DNA of 62,615 nt, filler included, from Choristocarpus tenellus KU-1152 (Eukaryota; Protista; Phaeophyceae), in the NCBI GenBank assembly GCA_964200185.2. It is 10 parts of 10 records of this genome, joined end to end, with 100 filler letters (N's around TTAATTAATTAA, not from the genome) between each part and the next. Parts side by side here need not be neighbours in the genome. Positions count along the whole stretch, not along the records: positions 53,344 to 57,781 come from CAXNAD020014554.1; positions 57,882 to 62,615 come from CAXNAD020013283.1; 8 more parts are not named here. One strand, given 5' to 3'. A program made the position numbers and the translations under genes. The notes below the pieces were generated by a model that did no database searches, was not told the origin of the DNA, and saw nothing but the letters and a program-made list of their open reading frames with translations. Every line of letters starts with the position of its first letter. Within the stretch, counting starts at the first letter, position 1. Below are positions 53,889 to 62,615 of this stretch, piece after piece.

Positions 53889-54507
53889 TGTTACAGCACG
53901 CTCCAGAAGCTTGCCTCCACAGGATGTATAGCTCCAATCCACAAGCCTATAGAAGATGCTGATGCTCGTGCAAGCCTCTCAGGAAATTTCAGCAGCAGTC
54001 CAGGTAATCCAACGCGCCTCAGGTTAGCAGGACAGGGGTACTTCTCCAAAACCTAGTGTCGAGGGTTCGAATCCTTCAGAGCGTGTATAAATAAAATAAT
54101 ATTAATTAAGAAATTGAATATTATTTATCATTTTTACTTTTTTTACTTTTTTATTTTATTTTTTTAATTTCAAATTTCATAAAAAGCAAAATCTATGATA
54201 CAAAAAAAAGTAACTGGCTTTCTTTCAAGGTCAGTGTGTGAACGACAGCAAACAAAAGAAGTGTCTTAGGAGGGCTGTTTATTAAGCAGCGCTCTTTATT
54301 TCTTTTATTATCATCTGTGTTTTATTTGTTTTGGCTAACAGAAGTTGGAATACACATCTGAAAACCGTTGCAACATTCCCAGGTTACAGATCTTACTATA
54401 CAGCCCTTAACAAATCGGAGCTTCTCTTGAAAAGGTTCCCCGCACGTGTATACTGCTCGCGCTTGTTAGAACGCGGAAAGAAATATTCCCGCTATTCGTC
54501 TTTAACG
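53889..54507 (+). mobile_element. LTR family A copy carrying a foreign insert
   Basis: Starts tgttacagcacgctccaga. Colinear with the reverse complement of 26746-27202 but ~160 bp longer. Confidence 0.8.
54044..54085 (+). pseudogene. trnW: 3' half of an organellar-type tRNA-Trp(CCA) (NUPT/NUMT fragment)
   Basis: CTCCAAA anticodon loop, ACCTAG stem strand, T-arm GAGGG-TTCGAAT-CCTTC and acceptor strand AGAGCGTG, followed by a very AT-rich spacer. The D-arm and 5' acceptor strand are absent. Confidence 0.7.
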
Positions 54508-54899
54508 CACTAACTTCCCGCGACCGTGATTATCAGGACCGAGCTACAGTGGAAGAAGTATTTGGTTTGATATTCAGTGAGAGGAGTGGAGCGCAGGATA
54601 ATTTAACCCTTCAACGTAGGGCAATTGGTACTAAGGATGCACAATGGGAAAAAAAAAGAAGGTTGGAGAAGTACTACTGAGGATACCCCGCGCGTCTGGT
54701 AGATAAAGGTTTTCGTCAGATTTTACGAATTGGATCTCTATTACGCCCTTAACCTGACCCCTTCACCTGCGTTACCGAGAATGTTCTTGGCCTTACCAGA
54801 AGACGCAAGGATTAGGAAGAGATGTTATATTGGATGTAAATTTGGCAACTAAATTTGGCAACTGTTTGTTCAGGCTAATAGCCAGGACGATATGTATGC

Positions 54900-55260
54900 T
54901 TGTCTGTGTAATGGGTGTGGTCTGTGGTAGGGAAATGTTATTGTTTGCTCAGAACACTCTGTGTCGGATCAAGCACGCAAGCAGAGAGATCAACTCCGAA
55001 CATGCTTAGGAGAATCATGCTTGTGAACAATCAGTGTAGAGAGGATGCCCTGCGTTTTGCTTTACGTAGAAAGCGATGTAGTGTCTACAGTGAGAATGTG
55101 CGAGGACAATGCATCGACCATTCATTTGACTAACAAGCCCCTGAGTCCAGGCAGGACCAAGCATATGGATGCACGACACCCTTTTCTGAGGGACTTGGAT
55201 AGCAGATGGTCAGATTTTTATAGTCCATTTATAGCTTATTTATGTGAAGCACCCAAGAGC
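54900..55260 (+). mobile_element. Copia RNase H C-terminal relic
   Basis: CEDNASTIHLTNKP....RTKHMDARHPFLRDL. Confidence 0.8.
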
Positions 55261-55329
55261 TTTCTTGAACTTAGAGGGCTATGTGTAGTAGTTGTTTCTG
55301 TACACAATCAAGGAACGTGAACTGCACTC

Positions 55330-57350
55330 ATTGAGATGGTCTCACAAGGTCGAAGAGAGAGACACCCAGAAGTCATGATCTCGAGTGCAACCCATACCGA
55401 GGGGTCTGAATGGCCATCGAATGATCAAGGGAGCTCAATTTTCCATTCTGACCTCCATCTCGATGACCTTGCATCATTTGAAATACCAGGGGTTGACTCA
55501 TATGTGTCCCACCTAGGGAATTACAAAATCGGGAATTTTAGTTGCATGCACACTAAGGAAGGACGTCAGCTAGCTGTCCAATACCACAATCATTGCATAG
55601 GTGTAGATACGTATCAGTCATCCCAGCATCAAGTCAGATGATGAAATGAATAGCAAGGAAAGGTAGAGGTAAAGAAAGTCAGTTGTTCTTTACGGTTCGA
55701 AGAGGGACCAAGAAAGAGAACTGTTGCACGAGGTAGGCGACTAAGGGACGGGAGATGGGGCAGTGGAAATGAAAGTAGTACCAACGTTGATGTGACGGAC
55801 TACCCACAACTACCCCCAAGTGCACTATTTGGCAAGATGTTGAGATTTCCTCCAAGAGGTTTGGAGGGAAGTGGTGTCCATCCAATCAATGAAGCACTTT
55901 ATTAGCAAGATGCTGGAGTCAGTTGTCTGGAGGGAGAGAAAGGCTTAACAATACCATCCAGAACTTCGTGAGAAAAGGATAAGGCAGACCCACATCTCAG
56001 GTACACGATGAAAGGAGTCTCGATTAAATGTATCTGTTACAGGCGAATAGCGCAAGTATTTCTTCCTGCGCTTTAACCAGCGTGAGTAGTGTACGTGCGT
56101 GTGGAACCCCAAAAGGGGAAACTCCGATTTGCATAAGGTTGCACAGTAAGATCTGTACCTCGGGAATGTATGCGCAACGGTTCTCAGATGTATTTCAACG
56201 TCTGTAAATACTGACACAAAAATATAACGGTGGTAAACGATGACAAGAGGCACCAAACGGCTCAGACCCCAAACGGCTCACTCTTAACTGATACCAATTC
56301 TCATACACATGCTTATTGATTCACAAGAGTGCCCTTATCTGCTGACCTGATATTCATCATCCTCGTTGGGCCTTTTGACCGTTCGAGTATCCCAGGAGTC
56401 TTTTACAAGCATCAGCGGCATCTATAGGCCTGCGGGTTGGAGCTATGCAATTCCGCGGAGGTAAGCTCTGGAGTGTGCTGTAACATATCCTCTGTGTGTG
56501 TCTAGGGGAGAAATATCAGAGAAGACATGTATGATTTAAATTCAACCAAGGAAAGAGGTACGACGTAGTAGTAGAGTATTTTGGTTCCAGAAATCTCAAC
56601 GATTGAAAGGGGGGGGGATCAAGCTTTTTTTTGCGGAGTTGGTTTTCCTAAAATCAATTATGACGGGATGGATTTATCAGAGGAGATAAACATGATTGAA
56701 GAGATAGGAGGAGCAGTAGGAACTGTACATGCAATTGGTCAACGAAGTGGAAGTTATAATCCATGGGGAGAGAGACACAAGCCCATTGGCACAATTATTT
56801 GAGGGAGCTGTGTGCCACCATGCCCTAGTCCGAGTCAATGCAAGATCAATTTGACATGCATTGCAATGTGTGGGTTGGCACAACCCCAATCACTCGCACC
56901 CAACATAATATTTGTGGGAGAGGTCATTACCAAGTTCTCAAGTCACACTAGTTCGATATCACACTATATTGGTGTGACATTTGGATGGGGGAATTCGAAA
57001 TTGGAAATGTTGTTGTAGAGAAAAACCGTGATGGTCATCATCTTCCAACTAAAGTCATGCCTTTAAGGTGACCTTCCTTGAGAGGATGCACTTCAAGGTC
57101 TGTTGTTTCATATGACATCCGTATTTGCTTGTTGCAGTAAATATTGGGTGGTTTGAGTGGACCATAAGAGCTCCCCTCATTCACTTTTGTCTGTTCACTC
57201 TTTCCCGAGTGTCCTCCTGGGGGATTGCTCACCTTCCTACTTTCTCTCTCTCGAATTCCTTCCTCCTCCTGCGGGTCTTCCCAGTCCACTTCAGTCTGAA
57301 TAATCTGTCTGCCTGTTTCAATCTGTTTGACAAAAGGAGGCATTATACAT
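55330..57350 (-). mobile_element. Decayed retroelement, possibly DIRS/Ngaro-like
   Basis: Broken protein-like frames with a Cys/His-rich zinc-finger-like patch near 56810-56890. No decisive motif. Confidence 0.3.
56035..56485 (-). mobile_element. Solo LTR family A
   Basis: TGTTACAG...CTGTAACA termini with a perfect 4-bp TSD TATC/TATC. Confidence 0.92.
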
Positions 57351-58163
57351 TAAATAGTGAATTGAAATGGGGGAAAAACGTGGGAATTGTAAAGGAGAAG
57401 AATGATATTTTGTGTTAGAAATTTTGTTGTGTGTGGGCATTCCTCCTCTCTGGTATTTCTATGTGGATATGAAAAAAATGTATGTAGTAGATGGCAGAGA
57501 TGAACGTTAGTAGATGTACGGAAGGCGAAGTATTAAATATTTATAGTCAGCGGAAATTAGAAAAAACAAGGTGAGAATTGTAACGGAAGAATAAATGTTT
57601 TGTATTGGAAATCGTAGTGGGCGTGGGCGTGGGCGTTACGCTGTTCCTTGTGTGGGTACAGAATATAAATGAGGTAGATCACAGAGACAAATCTTAGTGG
57701 GTGTACACCTTAGTGGAGGTGTATGTTGGTGAGGGTATCATTCACACAAAACGGCATTTATAATTTTACAACTTCCTCGCGNNNNNNNNNNNNNNNNNNN
57801 NNNNNNNNNNNNNNNNNNNNNNNNNTTAATTAATTAANNNNNNNNNNNNNNNNNNNNNNNNNNNNNNNNNNNNNNNNNNNNCTGGTGTAGACCTCCCCCC
57901 ACCCCACCCCCAGATGCTTTGGGTCAATTATTTCGAAATATTTCAAGCAATAGACAGATAAACACTCTGAAGTGGATGCAGAGGACTTCTAAACTGACCT
58001 ACAAAAATATGCAGAATCCTACCTCATTGACTTGGGTTAGTGTTGGGGCCACAGCAGCACAACCCCTCTCACTGGCTGATACTCCTACTCTATTCTTGAA
58101 CACCCCCTTGCCCTGAGCACAACCTGAATCCATTTTTCCTCCTCAATGTTTCCAATCCACAAG

Positions 58164-61100
58164 GCCATGAGAGAGTGGCAGCTGGGGGTGAGGAGACAGA
58201 GGCGGGCAGAGGAAGCTGCTGCTGCCAGAACACTTCATAGATTTGGGCGCGGCTTCTTGGGACGCAGGTTATAACCCCAATACCAGAAACAACACTTAGA
58301 GTCTCATGACACTTAGAGTCTCATGAGTTACTGAGGATTGCAACTACCACCCAGGAACAGATTGATACACCTTGAGCAACATCATTTTTGACAACCTAGC
58401 CATTAACTCCTGCCTATGAGAGAAATGCATCCCTTCCTTGTTCCAATCCAAGCTACTATTTTGTGAGGGATAATCGTGCAGAAGAAAAATTGATTGCCAA
58501 GAACAATCCCTCACAATAAATGGTGTCGCTACTCTTTCATCATCCAGCCTATTCTCTCACTCTAGTACCCTATCTCACTCTTCTGGTCTGCAGCAGTCAT
58601 TAAACTTTGTTGAGCCCAAAAGCGTAATGATAAAGGAATGGATCTCAGCAGGTGGTATGAAGCCTTACCCCGTCAATATTCAGCATTGCATGACGTGTCC
58701 AACTTTGATATTCTCTGCTTTAATGCTCAGGAGAGTCCGTCACATGGTAGAGGTCAAGGCAGCAATAAAGATGCAGGCGCTGGGGCGGGGACGGAAGGGT
58801 CGAAGACAGGCACGACTTGTGCATCTGAGAAGGCGACAGAATGAAGCAGCAATCAAAATACAGAAAGAGGTGCATCACTGTGTAAACTGGCTTGGCTCTC
58901 TCTCTCTCTCTTAGTCCCCCCCCTGTAGAGATTGTTTCCTTGAAACAAAGTACTGGAGGAAATGAGGACACAATGGTGCATTCCTCCTTTATTGTAGTCA
59001 GGTTGGGATCAGGGTAAAGTATGTGGTTAGCACCACCAATGTGTTGTGATCTGACTACTTCTTTGACAGGCACTCATGCTCCAAAATATGGGCTGTATAC
59101 TCAGAACTTTAGCTTCAATACAGTACTACTTCGGAGTCACTGCTGCTGGAGCTAAGTTTAGTCTATCATGACGATATTTCTCTAGTACTTTCAGGTGGGA
59201 AAAGAGGTAATCTCCACATAGGACAGTTGTCCTAGATATGATCGATGGAACAGGATGAAATTTGTACTAGTACAATACTTTCACTAGGGCCTCTAGCACA
59301 AACAGGTGTCCCACTTTGAGGGTAGTTTCTGAAACCTCTTGTTTTGGTGATGCCCATTTGCTGATGTTGCATGTCTGTTTTGATTTGGTGTACAATTTCT
59401 TGTTCGTGTTTGCTTGTGATGAGAGAGGTGAAAAATGAGGAAATAATAGTGGTTATTGCTGGGAAGAATAGAAGACGTAGCTTACACATATTTGAGTCAA
59501 AAGCTCAGGAGCAATACCATGTAAGTAGGCACTGGATGAGAAAACTGAAGGGAAAGGTTGATGGGTTTCAACACAAAAGCCCAAAATATCTAACCTGATG
59601 AGAGATAGTAATATCAGCATCAAGCTACTACCACAACGCTCAAAGTAGAGCAAACAACATTCTACACACAAATTGTTACACCTGGAGATTTGTAACCCTT
59701 GCAGAAGTGCCTCAATTGTGTAATCATAGAAACCGCTCCCTTCTTGGTAGTGGGATATGATATAACAAACGGTATGCCCTTTCTATTCTTCTACATAGTC
59801 CTAGGTAGCAATGAAAATTGGAATACATTGTCTGTCGACTGCGCACCAAGCAGTAGCCTTAGCCTGTAAAATGATGAATAAAATCTGGCAGCCTACGCCT
59901 CCAACAGATGCCCGAAGTAGAACTGGACCTTCAGCTCTGACAGTCACTCTCCTGGTGCCTCCAAACCTCCTTACTTCCACAGATTCGAAAGAGGGGAAAG
60001 AGGAGGCGAGCCCAGCGTTTGGTCACTCTAAGGAGAGAACGTCGAGCAGCAACCGAGGTGAGACTAGGTCAAGAGGATAGAAGAATGTAGACACTCTTTG
60101 GCATTACCCCATAAGGACCAGCTCAGCTGTATCGCATTCTACATTTGATTAACCATTTGTACCAGGAACAAGGCATACATATATGCTCCCTATCAAATCA
60201 TGATATGTATCATTGGGAAGATTAACACTTAATTCAGCTATATGAAGACCTGCCAAGCTCTTAGTATGGTCGGCACTGAATCGAGAATCTTTTGACAGTA
60301 GAGATCTTCAGGATGCAAAATCATTCTGTTTATGGCGTTGCTTCCCTTGACGCCCTACATGTTTTAGGTTATAAATCATAGCATTGAATGCCTTAGAGAA
60401 TCAAGATTTTGCTGTTTATTGACCACAGGATACCCACTCCCTCTTCTCTTGCAAGGATGGCACCACCTGGACAGCTGTGGTATCATGCGATCTGTCTTAG
60501 CCTCCGCCAATCCGCAACACAGTACAAATTCCATACTGTTGTGGTTTCTAGCAAAAGGCTTTCATCAATAGCAGGGGTAGGGCAGCCACATAGCGGTTGC
60601 CTTATACCATAGGATCTACGCGGTTAGGGATTATATTTGATCTTTCCTCAGATGCAGCCCAGCTCTGGATTAAGTGCTTGCCACATTTGTACGCAATAGT
60701 CCTCAGCAGTATGTGAAAATGGTGTACCGAGTAGCTGGATTGTGCTCCAATTGAGGCGTAGCTGCAAGTGGTCTAAGATGCACGGTCCTTATCAAAACAA
60801 GATGCTTGTCCTCTTAGGGTGAGCCTCAAGCTCAAGAAATAAAGTCGGTTCATTCCTAAACTGTTAGAACTCCCCAGTAATCCCTGCCAGTAGTACCATG
60901 AGGTGTAAAAAATTGGAATATGACAACATGAACTCGCAGTTCTTGATATCCTGAAGCATTTTGAAGAGAAAAACGATTCATTGGAATGATACCACACAAT
61001 ACGGTATGTGTGAAACACAGTGAAGCACCCCCACTGCCCTTCCTCTACTTTCACATTTTGCACAGATCCAGCGAACAGTGAGGGGTTTCCTTGGAAAGAG

Positions 61101-61749
61101 GAAGGCCAACGTAAAGAGAGACAAGCTTCAGAGGGAGCACTGCGCTAGTGTACTGCAGGCATTGTGGAGAGGTGTGCTAGGGAGGCGAACAGCAGCGTTG
61201 ATGAAGGAAGAGGCAGCACGGGTGCTTGTGAGTAGCAGAAAGGGCAGAGGGGTCTCCTACACTTCACGGATACACATTGCTACATATATCTCTTAATATT
61301 ACTTCTTTCTATCCCTGCATCTTCCAGTCTGTCCTCCTTCTGCGCAATGCCAAGATTTAACAGGATCAGAGGTGTTGCAAGATGGAGAATTGAGGCTACT
61401 CTATTGATCTGAACAGCTTTCCATACAATCCACCTCCCCCTCAAACCGTGGTTCTATCTTGGCATGAGTTGGTCTTGTTCTTCCTCTTCATGCTTCTCCT
61501 TCCTGAATCCCCTGAAACACCTGTCAAAAGCTCTCCTATCCCCCACCACCCCAAATTCTGAAGGTGGTTCAGTCAGAAGCTGCCATTAAAATCCAATCCT
61601 CCAGGCGAGGAAGTGTTTCAAGGAAGAGGTCAAATGAGCTGAAGCAATTACAGTGCAGCAACTCAGAGGAGGCTGCAGCAACGTCAATACAGAGGTTGGC
61701 AAGAAGGAGAGCTTCATGGGAGGAGGTCAAGAGGAAAAAGACCAGAAAG
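58164..61749 (+). CDS. Multi-IQ-motif (calmodulin-binding) protein, internal exons
   Basis: Exons 58164-58267, 58731-58869, 59983-60057, 61066-61227 and 61564-61749 with consistent phases. Repeated IQ-like motifs: AAIKMQALGRG, AAIKIQKEIR, AATEIQRTVRGFLGKR, ASVLQALWRG, AATSIQRLARR. Confidence 0.8.
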
Positions 61750-61764
61750 GTGCTGGCGGTATAC

Positions 61765-62032
61765 GAGTCAAAGTATCTTAGGGTTAGGGTAGAGTCGTGT
61801 CCATTTGGGGGCCAAAACCCAATGTTGCAATTTTGATGTAATTTCGGCTATCGTGTTTGTTAGGAGATGTCAATCAATATCCTTTTTCCGAGACACGCCT
61901 TTTCATAACGTAAACACTTTGCCGGCTCCGAAATGTTTTGGAGTAGGCAAAACATCATTAAAAACCCATGGGAAGCCAAGTCCCAATTGGACAAACAGAG
62001 CAAAACTCGTACCCTCCAAGATACTTTCACTC
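61765..62032 (+). mobile_element. MITE copy 7
   Basis: Perfect TSD ATAC/ATAC; the left TIR carries extra bases forming TTAGGGTTAGGG. Confidence 0.93.
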
Positions 62033-62615
62033 ATACATTCAGGCTTTGTTATGCTTCCTTTTGCTAAAGAGGCAGCCCTCTCACCCTGGATGATCTGGTC
62101 AGGCAATTCTGCTGATACCAGGAGTACTTCAGCAGTATAGAATAGTTATATGAAAAGCTCCAAAGTATAGACAAAGAGTCAAAGTCTTTGATAGAGATAG
62201 AGTAGCTCCTGTACAATGCTTCTGGAATGAGTCATGGTCTGTGTGTGTACTCAGTGTATATATAGGGATACACTAGCACTCTGACATCCACATCAAAGTA
62301 ACTTTTGATGTCTTGTGAACGTCGCACATGCTGTTCCAACTCCACATTGACCTTGTCTGGACCCTGAGAGTTTCCCCCCCGAAATAAATTTTCGCAGTGG
62401 TCTACGTCATCTTGCTCCTTTCATCTTCTTCTGTAATCAAGCAAACAATATCAAAAAACGAAAAAATTGATAGCCTCATGAACAATTGCAGTATTACAGG
62501 ATTGCTGTGAGGACTACAACAAGTACATCATAAATTCCAAACTTCTTCTGAGGGGCTGATGACATATCAGACTTGGTTGTGGTCAAAGTATCTGGGGGGG
62601 GGGGGGTTGTGAGGG

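Noticed and set aside
54010-54085. Intact tRNA gene
   Set aside because: The 5' half is LTR sequence and cannot pair with the acceptor or anticodon stems.
7048-57881. Recurrent TTAATTAATTAA palindrome within N runs
   Set aside because: Artificial concatenation linker. It also invalidates gene-neighbourhood arguments across contigs.
61750-62100. MITE copy 7 as a second exonic insertion
   Set aside because: A plausible donor (AAG|gtgctg) lies 15 bp upstream and the empty-site frame closes soon after, so it is probably intronic.

Overview
This is eukaryotic, intron-rich and transposon-rich nuclear DNA. It is most consistent with a stramenopile, probably a brown alga (inference from the intron style, TTAGGG repeats, a kelch-type dynein and the TE families). 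The window is not contiguous. Ten contigs are joined by nine artificial 100-bp linkers (N44-TTAATTAATTAA-N44) at 7048, 14099, 19834, 23325, 35613, 39287, 47528, 53244 and 57782, so nothing is linked across them. Five partial spliced genes were reconstructed by hand: an NPL4-like gene with a predicted signal peptide (-), the kelch N-terminus of an outer-arm dynein alpha-type heavy chain (-), a family-25 glycosyltransferase with a GC-AG intron (-), COG3 (-), and a multi-IQ-motif protein (+). The rest is mostly decayed RTE, RLE-type and zf-RVT LINEs, Gypsy and Copia relics, solo LTRs, seven copies of a ~260-bp GAG...CTC MITE with 4-bp TSDs, and tandem repeats. The best leads are: a MITE inserted inside an open coding exon that could be spliced out in frame; a degraded large element with a Plavaka-like transposase relic next to a ParB/DGQHR-like ORF; a signal-peptide NPL4 (SELMA candidate); an organellar trnW fragment inside an LTR; and a minisatellite built from a splice donor. 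All homology calls come from recognising motifs by eye; no searches were run.
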